From Ginglymostoma cirratum (lineage: Eukaryota), in the NCBI GenBank assembly GCA_024137785.1, contig JAHRHZ010000043.1:31834813-31898812 (forward strand): 64,000 bases of DNA, in the 5' to 3' direction. A program made the position numbers and the translations under genes. The notes below the pieces were generated by a model. The model did no database searches. It was not told where the DNA came from and saw nothing but the letters and a program-made list of their open reading frames with translations. Shown here piece after piece: positions 35,290 through 47,805 of this stretch (position 1 is the stretch's first letter; each line of letters starts with the position of its first letter).

Positions 35290-36567
35290 TGCTAGTAGTC
35301 AGTTCTGAAATGGCTACACCGCCATATCGACCTCTATTAGAACTGGGTGACCATTTAATTTGATGTTTATTTTGATTGGCTCTGATTTGGATGTTGCTAA
35401 GCAATTTCCCTGTTCCAAGCCAGATGTAGATGGGCTTTCCAGGGTGTGTACTCTCCTGCATACTGGCCTCTGAGTTCTCTTACTTAATGTAGGCCTAGTG
35501 GGACTCTGTTGCCATCTCGACTCCGCATACCTGCAGCAACTGCAATGGCTTGCCGGCCTGGATCCTGAAGAAAACGTTCACCGTTTGGCCAAGGCTTGGC
35601 ATTTTTTTGGGGGTTTGCTGTGGGCTGACCTAGGGTCCCTCTGTTCAGGACATATCCTGAGTGAGGCTATGCAATTGCCTTCACTGAAGTGGTGTCCCCC
35701 AAGCTCAGTCAGATTGGCGAGGGTATCCACCTCCATCAGAATATCTGCAACTCACATTCTCCACTTGCCTCATTTTCAAATGATAAAGTAAGTTGTAGTG
35801 TCTGTTTGAAATCCATTTGGTCTTTAGCTGGAGATGCTTTTGCACAGTTGTAACATCAATCCCACATGCCAAATGGTCTCTCAGCAGCTCATTCAGAGTT
35901 AAACCAAAGTTACTGGCCTCTTCCAGTCATCTTAACCTCATCAAAAATCCCAGTGTGGATTCCCCTGGTTCTCAAATTGCCGAGTAAAACTGATAGCGTC
36001 TCAGAATTAGATGAGGCTTGGGGGTCATAATATTCCTTAACTAAATCCATCAACTCTTGAAAGGTTTTGATATCTGGTGCCTCAGGAAACATCCTAATAA
36101 CCAAAAAAGCTGCAGGTCCACAAGCTATCAGGAGAATTACCTGTTCCTTTTCATCTGCCCCAACGTCATTTGCCTGGAAACAATAACGTTTTCTTTCCAC
36201 ACACTGTGCCCCGTCTTCGAACAAGTCAAGCTTCCCAAACTATGGCATGATGCCAGAAATGTTAACTCTAACTCAAAAATGAGTGTTGCGAGGTAAATTT
36301 CTTCAAGAGCGTGCTTTTCTTTTGTTGTTATTGAAATAATTCCACAGAGGCCAGTATCCCATCACTAAGTCAGCCTTTATTTACACATGGAGAGTCCTTG
36401 ACACTGATCCAGCTCCCTCAGAGCCAGCTCGCGGAGTGAACAGAATGTCTGACATTTCTGTTCATATCTGTCAGCCAGGGCTCCCTGATTGGACCAGATT
36501 AACAACTCCAAACAGGGAACACATATTCTGTGAGGTCTACCTGGCTGACCTTGTTACAATCGCAACA
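35290..36567 (-). mobile_element. Ty3/Gypsy 5' fragment (5' LTR, gag, start of protease)
   Basis: gag FGKLDLF..QCVER..FQANDV..VILLIACGPAAF..KTFQELMDLVKEYYDP; LNGHPVLIEVD near 35330-35360. Confidence 0.9.
36332..36567 (-). repeat. Gypsy 5' LTR
   Basis: TGTTGCGATTG...TTATTTCA; homologous to 2436-2658. Confidence 0.87.
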
Positions 36568-36569
36568 GT

Positions 36570-36775
36570 TTCGGGAAGGCAGCCAGGATAAATACTGCCC
36601 ACATATTGCTTCCTCTATAATATTGTCTCATATACATTTTCACAGCACATTGCCACAAGCTATGGCAAATGCCCATCTGGCCAAGTATTAATGAACTTTT
36701 CAGTCGCATAGCTGTGCCCAGGTTTTTAACGGGCACTGTGCAATGCTGCCACAACAATATTTTTGCCATCATCGC
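36570..36775 (+). mobile_element. Harbinger transposase remnant (continuation)
   Basis: FSRIAVPRFLTGTVQCCH from 36699 resembles the F..IAGFPRVQGAIDCTH motif. Confidence 0.45.
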
Positions 36776-37444
36776 CTTAAAGACAAGCAAGCTGTGAACT
36801 CAGTGTCGGTACAGAGCTACCTTTTGCATCATTAATCTGAACGAAAACTGCAAATGGTAGAAATTCAGAATGAAATCAGCTAGTATTCAAGACGTATAGA
36901 AGGTTAGTTGCCATCTATGAACCAGTCTTCAGAACAGAAAAATGAACACATTTCACTGGGATGAGATTCTTTAAAAAAAGTACAGAGGAAGGGGAAGGAC
37001 AAATCTCCAAGCAGAGACTTAATGGCCCAGCGACCTGCAATCTGCTGAGGATCATATCAGTCAGACAGCAGGCATTAAAGACATGAAAGATGTTAGAGGA
37101 GCACAAGGACATGTTTAATAGCTGACACATGCAAAAATATAAGTAAATCAGGAAAATTTTAAATGAAAGCATGGAAGAGAAACTGCTAATCAGATGGAAG
37201 TGAAAGTAGAAAATATAGGTTATCAGAGGGGACAGAGAATTCACACCACCCCCAGGCTCAAACTCACTGCCTATACTATCGCCTGACAAAGCAAGGGCCT
37301 GTCTGTCACTAATCTTCCTACCCTTCACCCGCGTTCTGATTCATCCCATGTCATTAACTCTTTCCACAAAAGAACAATGGATACATATTGCTCTAAAAAT
37401 GGATTCTTTTTTTCTTTTCTGTGGGATTATCATTGTTTAACAAT

Positions 37445-37592
37445 GACATATGTGGGTCCACCTATAATACATGGACTGCAATAATTCAAGAAAGCAGATC
37501 ACCTCACCAGCATCTTCCTAAGGGCAGCTAGGAACAGGCAATAAATGCTGGCCCAGCTATTAACTCCCGCATCCCTTGAATTAATAAAACAA
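37445..37592 (+). mobile_element. L2/CR1-group LINE 3' tail
   Basis: catggactgca..ttcaagaaagcag..ggcaataaatgctggccc. Confidence 0.7.
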
Positions 37593-37659
37593 AATGGGCC
37601 ACAATGAAACCAGGTCCCCAATATGGCACAGGACAGTGATTTTGGGCAGTCTCACCTAA

Positions 37660-37768
37660 AACATTGGAGGGACATGGACCAGGAGCAGGCAGGTGGATCT
37701 AGTTCAGTTTGGGATTATGTTCAGCATGGACTGGTTGGACCGAAGGGCCTGTTTCCATGCTCTATGAA
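37660..37768 (+). mobile_element. CR1 3' tail
   Basis: gcatggactggttggaccgaagggcctgtttccatgctctatga. Confidence 0.75.
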
Positions 37769-38809
37769 ATATTCTCAGCCTAGCCCAAATCCTAGATTAA
37801 CATTTACCTTGTGTGAATTTGATGAAAATTCTTCCTCTAACATTAGAAATTTATAATTTGAACCCATTGGAACAGTCCAAATAAGTTTCTGTCATTTCCT
37901 TCAGGCCAACCTCAAAATGGGATAAAATTGGGGAATCCCCACAGAATTCTAACCACTGCCAATTTAACTTCTGGAAAAGGGACGTGACTGGTGCTCGCGT
38001 GTGGAGGTGACTCTTTATTTAACGAACAAATTTTTAAAATGGCTGATTGGCTGGAATTGAATGTACGTTGGGGTCCGAAGCAGTTGATCTCTGATCTTTA
38101 TTAAGGTGAAAAATTGAGCTGCCAGACAAATACTGTCCTCAGTTTGACCTGCCTCATAGGCTTGAGTCTTGCAGGCTTGATTTCACAGGCCTCAGGAAAC
38201 TTGGCAAGCAGGAATGGGCTGAGGAGGCCTGACGGAGAAGGCAAGAGCATTCAGAGAGCTCTCTGTGGGCCCAGCAGCAACAGAGGACTTTACCCTTCCC
38301 CTCTATTCACCAAAGCTTTCCAACACTAGATCATCCCAGTCTACACTTGCCAGATCTCCTTGAGGATCAGGTAGGAAATCAAGGAGCAGGTACCTCCTCT
38401 GTGGACCACATCCAATCTTCCTTTTGACTCCCACTGGATTGAATCCTATTCCCACTAAAAATTGGAGATCAAGCTCTGAAATTTGATCCTGGAGTATAAA
38501 ATTGGATACACTTTTAAAGACATAGCACTCCACCCAGGGCCATGAACTGATGTTGGTGAATTAACCCAGCGGGTCATGTCTCCTCCACTGGAACACCTCC
38601 CACCCCCAATCCCCCTCCAACCCATGATCATCATTAAGGCTGACTTGGAAACCTGGCAGGGTCACATGCTGCACACCATGGAGAAAAAATGCTCTAGAGT
38701 TTAGGGAAACTCAAACCTGAACACATCCCACTCTACTTACCAGTGTGTAGGCAGGTGAACAGCATGCTCCCATGTGTAAACACACCAGTGCAATATTTTA
38801 TTTGTAGCT

Positions 38810-39379
38810 AAACAGACACACCCATGCACATGCACATACACACCATGCACAAGCATGCACACACTCAAGCATACATCACCACACACACATACACCAAACA
38901 CATCCACACACACTGCACCCAAACCAGCACACACACACACACCACATACACACACACCATTCACACACCACACGTACACCTCCCCCCACACACACACACC
39001 CCACATGCACACACGCCAAACACATCCACACACCACACCCAAACCAGCGCACACAGACCACACACTATCTCACACAGACTTACACTAACACACACCAATG
39101 CACATCACTCATCCATCACACACACTCACACACACACGTGTGCACAAACACACCACTGCACACACTGACATACACACACACCATGCACAACACTCACACA
39201 CACAAACACACACACACAGTGCACACCATGCTCACACACACACACACACCACACACTGACATACACACATAGACCATACCTATCACACACACACCACACC
39301 CACTGCGCACCCCCCCCATACACACACACGCACACGGCTCTCTCACACACACACTGTGCATACCACTCTCTCTCTCTCA

Positions 39380-39432
<53 letters not shown>
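38810..39432. repeat. Degenerate CA-rich low-complexity tract ending in (CT)n-(CA)n microsatellite
   Basis: Visible directly; pure (CA)n at ~39382-39432. Confidence 0.95.
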
Positions 39433-39435
<3 letters not shown>

Positions 39436-40244
39436 CTTCTAACTCTGGTAATGGAGGTCTTACCTGCCAATGGGGGAGCCAGTGAGAGTCCCATTTCGCC
39501 CCTTTGAGAAAAGCCTGCTGAACAAAATACTGCACAGGTGGTCCCTCCCAAGGCCTGACAACCAGCTGGAGGTTGATAGCTGCCCATTGCAAGCCCATCA
39601 GTGGGAGCAGTGACAACTGGTGACAATGCTGCCAGGGAGAGGCTCAGGATCAGCAATGGGGCCATATTATAGTTCAGTGACAGGGTATAAACATCATGGG
39701 ATGGGGATTATGGGATAGGGGAGCTGGCCAACAGCAAAAAGGAGGCCCTAGCTTTCAGTAAATCAGCCACCCTGCAAGTCATTCTACCTCTTGTTTTAGA
39801 TTCAAAGATTATGTATCACAATTGACAGAGTTGCACATGAAATCGGACACACCTACTAAAATGTTAAACAAAGCAGTTTGAATTGAAATCATACAGTTAC
39901 CCCTCAGGTAGTCAATCTGAGATGACAGTAAGTTGCTTAAGAGTAACATTTGAGTGTGATCCTTTCACTTGGCTCATCCAGTTTCTTTCCATCAAAACGT
40001 ATCTTCTGTCTCTTTTGAGTGTTCCCCGTGGGGGATCTTTCAGGGGTTCATACACAGGAAACAGTTTTTGAAAGAGCTCATGTATAATCCTCTCAGCATG
40101 TGGATTGGTTATTTTGGGATATGATTGTCAATGATTGATCAGCATATTCCCAAATTGTCTTCCCCTGGTTTAGACATATAGACCCCTCTTCTCTCACCGT
40201 TGTGCCTGGTTTCTGTTGGCTTTGAAGTGATTACTAATTCTAGA

Positions 40245-40495
40245 TTTCTTTTTAAGCAGTCTATTCCGAGATGTTTCGATACACCTCTGGAGCAATTAGA
40301 GCTTGAATCTGGGCCTCCTGGATCAGAAGTAGGGACACTACCACTGCAGCAAACGAGCCCTACCATTTACTAATTCTAGAAACTTTTTTAATCAACCCGT
40401 TCAGATATGACACAGCACTTGGAGTAGGTGGGACTTGAACCTTGTTCTATTTGCTCAGAGGGAGGAATGCTTCCACTGCATCACAAGAGCCCTAC
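40245..40495 (-). mobile_element. Two tandem short tRNA-derived SINEs
   Basis: Each has a gggctc..gcagtggtagtgtcccta..ttcaag-type head; related copies at 41585-41755, 56805-56900 and 58560-58735. Confidence 0.7.
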
Positions 40496-40559
40496 GATTA
40501 CCGATTCTGCTCAATTCCCCAATACATCTGCAGTTAGCAATTGTCAATGTAATTAACGA

Positions 40560-41070
40560 GTAGCACGAGGCAGCTGACATGGCAACGGGGCATGGCAGCG
40601 GCTGGGGCCCAGGGCGGCGGTGAGGGGTCAGCTGGCAGTGAAAAATGGCGGCAGCAGCGATCGGTTGTAAAGCCTGGCGGCAGCAGCGATTGGGGTCAAA
40701 GTCTTAGGAGCGGCGGCAAAGCCTGGCGTCCCCAGTGGAGGTCAATGGCAGTGAAGGCGGCTGGTGGGCATGGGTAGGTCTTAGTCCGGCACAGGGGAGA
40801 GTGTGGCCTCTTGGGAAAAGCCCAACTTGGAGCGTCTGCAGGCCCATGGATTAAGAAAGGACTGTAATGTTTGATACTTTTATACGAAGAAGACCGTAAT
40901 TATGAACTTTTGAACTTATTTCTTTATCCTTCTACTTCTATAACTAAGATTTTGTACCTAGGTACCTTGTATCTAAGATGGTGCCATGAGTGGTTAGATT
41001 GTACACCTTTCACTGTACTCTTGTACTCCTGTACTTGAATACACATTACAATAAAACCCAAATATAAATA
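40560..41070 (+). mobile_element. Composite GC-rich-head, Rex1-tail retroposon
   Basis: ggcggcagc-rich head with repeated aaagcctggcg; 3' block aagattttgtacctaggtacc..aagatggtgcc..ttcactgtactc..caataaaa. Confidence 0.7.
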
Positions 41071-43089
41071 ATCCCTGCTCTGAAATTGCAACCAGTCCAC
41101 AAATCCTCTTCTTGTATACTTTTTTCCTGATTCAGGTGCTGAGTGCCTTCGAACGAGTAACGACCGCTACTACCAGGAGGCAACTTGGCGATTATCCACA
41201 CTACTGCTAATTGAATACCAGTGATGTCGGGATAAGGCCCTTAAGTGGGCATGCATTGCATTAAAGGCCACAATTGGAAGAAGTGCAGGAATGTCAGTCA
41301 CAAACATTTGTGAATTAATCACAGCAGAAATGCTAAGGTGGCAGGACCCGAGTGAACACCTCTGTTCAAATTAAATGCCTCACACCACCAAGCACATCTC
41401 ATGATGGACAAGTAATAAATCCCAACGAGAGCGATCAAGTCATGTCTTTGTGTAAACACATACATATGGAATTTACAAAACCCTTACATGAACAAATAAC
41501 ACACACATATTTCACTGTGTCTGGATGAGAGCGTATTCCCAATATCAATGCACCCCATTAAGTTTGGTTCTCTTAACCAGGAGCCTAAGAGGTTCTTTTA
41601 GCACAGTGTTAATGTTTGTATCTCTGAGTAAGGTGAATATTGTTTCCACTCCAGCATCTGCAGTACCTTTTATCTCTGATACAATTGTTTAGGTACTGCC
41701 AGCTCCAGTGGTGTGTAATAACATCTCTCAACAGGCCGGTTGGATAATATATGAACCAGGACCCTTAAAAATAATTGCATAGTGAAAATTACATTGAAGG
41801 GATTAACTTGGTCCTAAAATGTTAGTACTAACAGCAATCCTGACTTCCTAACAAAAGTTAGGGTAAAATCGACCACAATTCACAAACTTGACATGTGTGA
41901 TTCATGGTGCAGATTTGTGAGCAGTTATATTTTAACCACACAAAATAATAGTTTTAGAGTTTCATCTGTTCTTTTAACAGTCTCCTTTCATTTGATATTG
42001 TGAAGAATGAACCTTTCTTATCAATAATCTATTTTTCTATTACCCTCTTGTCCCTTCCTAATGTACATTGCAATTGTCTACAGCTGACTTGCTTGTAACT
42101 CATGGTCCATACTGCTTTTGATTTGTTTGTGTCCTCAGGAGTTGTATCGAAATGAAGAAAAGGGGATTCATGTACCTATCAGTCTTATCCCTTACAATGC
42201 ACCTAATGTAAGTAGGTGACAGCTGTGCCCAATGACCCTTACAATAAGGGATTATGGATGATGGCATTAAAATATGCCCGTCGGCCATACATTCTGCTTC
42301 CTGCATTCCATCTCCTTTCCCCTTTGGCAGGTCAATGATAATTACTTGCAATGCTACTCAGCGTGCAGCAGGTAACATAATACGCACTGACATCTTGAGG
42401 GTTGCATTATATTCAACTTCTTGCGATAGCTAACAAATGTAATCTTCTTTTTAAATCTCCCCATTTCGTAATTTTTGACAGAGAGCACCCTGATCATACG
42501 AGAATCCAACTTTCTGACCCAGAATCCGATTGAACAGCTTGGTAAAATATTGGATTAAAGTTGTCATGTTAAAGTGCTGATTGAATTGCCACTTGGCATT
42601 GACAAGTGAAGGGGATGGACACGGGGCTAAGCCTTGACCTTTGAGTTCCTACTCTCCTGATGCAGAAAGGTTTCAGTTAAAGTCCTGAGGCTGCTGTGCA
42701 AGTCATAGGGTCTGTGCTGGTTGCTTGGATGCCCTCAGAGTGGTCAAGGAACAGTAAATGTCTGAACTCTTGAAGTTGAGAAATTGAAAGCAGTTTTCTT
42801 CAGGATAGGCCTACTTACAGGAGACCAAAAGGATTACCTGCATGAAGTCTCAGAGGAGGGGTATATCTTAGCATACATTCTTCAATAGTGATCAAGAGCT
42901 AGAGTTTCTTGGTAGCAGTAGAACTAGCAAGTATCTGAGATTCATCAGGCAGCCAAATTTTCTCATGCAACTGAGATGCTTTCCCACAGAAGCTCTCCGT
43001 GGTTATTGTACCTGAAGGTGTTGGTTATGCATTTGACGTGAAGTACAGCCATAGAACCATAGACACCCAGAAGCCCTTTCTAATCCCAT

Positions 43090-43562
43090 CTTGGAGTCAG
43101 GTACAATTATGTCAATTAAAGGCATCTGGATGGTTACATGAATAGGAAGGGTTTAGAGGAATGTGGGCCAAATGCTGGCAAATAGGATTAGATCAATTTG
43201 GGATATCTGATCAACATGGATGAGTTGGGCCAAGGGGTCTGTTTCTGTGCTGTATAACTCGATGGCTCTATGACTTCCTTGTGCACGGCCCATAGTCCTG
43301 CAGCTTACACACTTAATATGCAGATCCAGGAACATTTTAAGAGAGTTTAGGGTCTCTGCCTCCATCACAAACTCAGGCAAAGCATTCCAGACACCCACCA
43401 CCCTCTGCGAAATAAAAGTTTTTCCTCACATTCCTTTTAATCCTTTTGCCATTTTAGCTTGAACCTATGACCCCTGGTTTCTAAACTGTATCCCTCAGTC
43501 ATGTCACGTTTCAGCCTTCTCTGTTCCTAGGAAAACAACTCCAATCTCCCCAATCTCTCCAA
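43090..43562. mobile_element. Two CR1 3' fragments in opposite orientation (plus 43090-43275, minus 43276-43562)
   Basis: CR1 tail gggtctgtttctgtgctgtataactc; ORF VGVWNALPEFVMEA. Confidence 0.8.
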
Positions 43563-43579
43563 ATAAGCTCGGTGGGTGG

Positions 43580-44252
43580 GGGAGGTGATGATCTAGTGAT
43601 TATTATCATTGGACTGTTAATCCTGAGACTCAGATAATGCTCTTGGGAACTGGGTTTGAAATCTACCACAGCAGATGGTGGAGTTTGAACTCAATAAAAA
43701 TAATCTGAAATTAAGAATCTGATGATGAAACCATTGTCATAGACTGCCTACAGTGTGGAAACAGGCCCTTTGTCCCAACAAGTCCACACCTAACCTCAGA
43801 GAATTCCACCCAGACCCATTCCCCGATCTATATGTCCCTGAACACGATAGGCAATTTAGCATGGCCAATCTACCTAACCTGCACATCTTTGGACTCTGGG
43901 ATGAAATCAGATCACCCAGAGGAAACCCACACAGACGTGGGGAGAATATGCAAACTCCACAGACAGTTGTTTGAGGGTAGGCTTGAACCTGGGTCCCTGG
44001 TGCTGTGAGGCTGCATTGCTAACCACTGAGCCACCGTTCTGCCCAGGCCAATTAAAGATCGTTGAAAAAAACCATCTGCTTCACTAATGACCTTTAGGGA
44101 ATAAAACTGCCATCTTTACCTGGTCTGGACTATGTGTGACTCCAGATCCACAACAATGTGGTTGATTCTTAACTGCCTTCTGGGCAATTAGGCATAGGTA
44201 ATAAATACTGGCCTAGCCACTAATACCCTCATCTTGTGAATCAATTAAAAAA
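43580..44252 (+). mobile_element. tRNA-derived SINE with LINE tail, interrupted by HE1
   Basis: Head 43580-43736, tail 44050-44252. Confidence 0.85.
43737..44044 (-). mobile_element. HE1-type V-SINE (nested)
   Basis: V-domain and tRNA head. Confidence 0.9.
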
Positions 44253-44899
44253 ATGCTACTATCTGTAGCCCTGGCAACAATGTCTGTCCCCTCTTATTAA
44301 ATATTTTTCCAGTTGTCCAGTAGCCATTTAATAGCATCTTTCCCTTTCTGTTTCTTATCCTACAGCACGCTATAGTCGTAATAAAACAGCATGCCTGCCA
44401 GTAACTTGCAGGGTGCTGTGGAAGGAACAGAAGTGTTTACTTGAGTCAATCGGTGTGGAGAGTGGAGCCTGCTGTAACAGGCCTGATTGTGTTGAGACAG
44501 TAACCAGCATGGTGGATTAATGACATGCTCTGTAGCCCAGGCTGTAACTTGTAACGTGCTCAATCACTGAACCAGCTGTTCTGTTTTCTCCCAACAACCC
44601 CCCATCCGAATATTGGAATAAAAAGAAGAAAAGATCAGACTTATTCCCCTAACCCATCCCCTCCCCCAAACTCAACAGCAAAGCAAATAGATTTTGAAAC
44701 ATATAGTTTCTTGGCCATTTTCCTCAAGCCATGATGATTAAAAAAATGGAAACTTACTTCTACTGTTCCACATTAATAATAGCAGCCTATGTAGAAATAG
44801 CGCTTTTCATGTAAGAACATCCAAAGGTAAATTCTTAGAAATGTAACTCTTGTTCTTCCTAGGCAGCTCCTGAGGATTGAAAATTACTCACTTCTACTT

Positions 44900-45220
44900 A
44901 AACTCCCTACAGTGTGGAAGCATGCGATTTGGCCCATCAAGACAGCACTGACCCTCCAAATCCACCCCGTCACTACAACCCAGCATTTCCCATGGCTAAC
45001 CCACACATCCCTGAACACACTGGGCAATTTAGCATGGCCAATCCACTTAACCTGCACATCTTCAGACTGTGGGAGGAAACTGGAGCACACAGAGGAAACC
45101 CACACAGACACAGGGGAGAACATACAGACTTCACACAGGCAGTTGCCCAAAGCTGGAATCAAACCTAGGTCCCTGGCACTGTGAGGCAGCAGTGTTAACC
45201 ACTGAGCCATCCTGCTGCTC
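44900..45220 (-). mobile_element. HE1-type V-SINE
   Basis: V-domain and tRNA head. Confidence 0.92.
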
Positions 45221-45984
45221 CAGTTCAGTTTGTTGGATTCAGAGGTGATTGATGGGTCTAATGCATGATTTTGTCACTCTGCCATGTGCAGACCAGAGAG
45301 TTGGAGGTTCAAGTAGATGAGATAGTTAGACATTGTATGCTCTTCCTGATGCCTGAACTTTGCCTCTCAAAGTGTTCAGTTCCTTCCTGTGAGGTTTCTC
45401 CATTTGGTTGGTCACATGCCAGGGTCTTCTTGGAGTCAACAGGTTTGATTGACCTTCTTATCTTATGTCTCACAGCCAGTACGCAATATACCTTTAGGTG
45501 ATGTGCTCATGATAACATCACTTGAGATCATAGCCATGTCATGTCACATGACCTGATGGTATAAAGGTCTCAGACTCCATCTTCCTGGGAACACAGACAG
45601 CATGACACACAATAGTTTGTATCTGCGCACTAGACCAGTCAAAACAGTAACTGTAGCATATGTAGACACCAGGAGACGGTTTAAAAGTCAACTGAAAATC
45701 CAAATTATATAATCCACACCTAGTTCTTATGTTATGGGAGCTAATGTAAGCATTGCCTCATTAAAGGACAAACACCCTGTTGAAGATGAAAGGACACTCA
45801 TTATACCTACAGGGGATTTTGAGGACAGATCAGATCAGCCCTCTTCAGGAAAGCTTGATGGACATTATTAATATTTGATGCTGAACCACACAGAACATAT
45901 TAGAGAGGACGACCCAGGGCTTGGTCAAAGACACAGGTTTTAACAAGGAAAGCTGGACAGGTCTGGCTATTCATTCTTCCCAAC

Positions 45985-46580
45985 TATAAGACATCCCAAA
46001 GGACATTACATTTAAAATATGGCCACTGTTTCAATGTAGGAAATGCAGCAGCCAATTTCTGCACAGTAAGATTCCATAAACAGTAACATGATAGTCACCA
46101 GATAATCATTGTTTTTTAATTCATTCATGGGATGAAGCCAGCATTTATTGCCCATCCCTAATTGCCCAGAGAGCGGGTAATAGTCAATCACGTAGCTGTA
46201 GGCCTGGGGTCACATGAAGGCCAAACAAGGTAAGAATGGAAGTTTCCTTCCCTGAAGGACATTAATGGCCCAAGATGGGGATTTTTTGAACAGTCGACAA
46301 TGAATTCATGGCCATCAGGAATCATGAATTTATGATGTTGATTGAGGGATAAATGTTGGCCAGGGATAACTTTATTATTCTCTTTCAAATCATGTCATAG
46401 GATCCTTAATTCCACCTGAGACAGAAGATGGGGCCTCAATTTAACATGGGGCCTGAAAGATAGCACAGCACTCCCCCAGTGCTAGACTGTGCAGTCAACC
46501 ACAAGTGTTGTGCTCAAAGTCTGGTGTGCTACATGGAATCACAAACCTCTTACTCAGAGATTGGAGAGCTACAGCTGCAA
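45985..46580 (-). mobile_element. Deu-domain SINE split by a nested SINE (46112-46325)
   Basis: gttgattgagggataaatgttggccaggga..ccacctgagacagaagatggggcctc. Confidence 0.7.
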
Positions 46581-46689
46581 AATGTAGGGAAGGAATTGTG
46601 GAGCTTAGGGCTTTGATAACCAATAAAAAAGTAACAAATGGTGGACCAATTTAAATCAAAGATAGAATCATCAGAACCCGAAAACTTAG

Positions 46690-47200
46690 AACAAATAAAG
46701 AACAGAATGAGGCCATTTAGCGCATAAAGCCTCTGCTGGCCTTCTGGATGTGTCTCACTCCGTCACTCTTTTCCTGCATAGTTTTCCTTCATGTGCTTAT
46801 CTAATTCCCTTTTAAAAGCCATAAATAAATATTGTCTCCATTACATTCTGAGGCAGTGCATTCCAGATTCTAACCAGTCGCTGCACAAAACAACATTACT
46901 CCATGTCACCCTTGGTTGTTTTGCCAACAATTTTACATATACATCGTCTGGTTCTCAGTTCTCCTGCCAATGGAAATGACATTTCTCTACCTACTCAGTC
47001 TCAGCTATCGGGATTTTGAAAACTTCTTTTGAATCTTCACTCAATTTTAGATTTATAAGAGCAGTAGCCAAACCTTTCCACTCTACCCATGTAATTGAAG
47101 TCTGTCATCCTTGAAAGCATTCACTCCAATCATTTCTGCACTTTCTAAGACCTTCAACTCCTTTCCAAAATGCAGTACACAGAACAGAATATAATGAGCG
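46690..47200 (-). mobile_element. Old CR1 3' fragment
   Basis: ggcagtgcattccagattctaaccagtcgctgc. Confidence 0.65.
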
Positions 47201-47805
47201 GAAACTTGTCCAGCCCAAAATGACTGGGTACATGTGAAATGTGCAGCAAGGCCTTTCTGACTTCATCTGGGACTTGGACACAAGGTTCCTACCAGTGAGC
47301 AATGAGGAGGTGAAAGATTAGTGAAGGTATGCAGGTAGTCAGATCAGCCATGATCTTATGGAATGACGGAGCAGGTTTGAAGGGCCTACTCTCGTTCCTT
47401 GTTCATGTGTTCATACTTTGCATCTCTATCTCATCATTTAGTGCTCCATCTTAGACAGCTGGCACCAATATCTCAGGGCACATACCATGGGCGGCAGCCT
47501 CGCACAGCAGACATCCATGGATGTTGGCATCTGACACGTGCCTAGCCTAAGCTCACTCGTGTGGCACATTTCTGATCCACCTACAGTGCAAGTCTGCCCT
47601 TCAGTGCTGCACTTTGGAACACACTGGCAAACCTTCCTTGGAATGCTGCTGAAAGGACACTTCCTGGGGAATTCAGGGATAGGCACCCAGCTCAAGGACT
47701 AGACCAGTGCACATCTCAGGGGTCCTCATTTGCTCTTTTAGTGCACACTCACCTGGCGCCCGTGGTGATCCTCACAGCATCGCTGCCTTGCTTGGTGTTT
47801 CGGTG

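Noticed and set aside
51-36567. The two Gypsy pieces as halves of one element separated by an inversion (both break near the protease start)
   Set aside because: Their LTRs are only loosely alignable in the middle, too divergent for one insertion; more likely different subfamilies.
38737-39665. Cys/Val-rich and His/Thr-rich ORFs
   Set aside because: Translations of CA/TG low-complexity sequence.
40560-40800. CpG-island promoter
   Set aside because: Short, and it forms the head of the composite retroposon.
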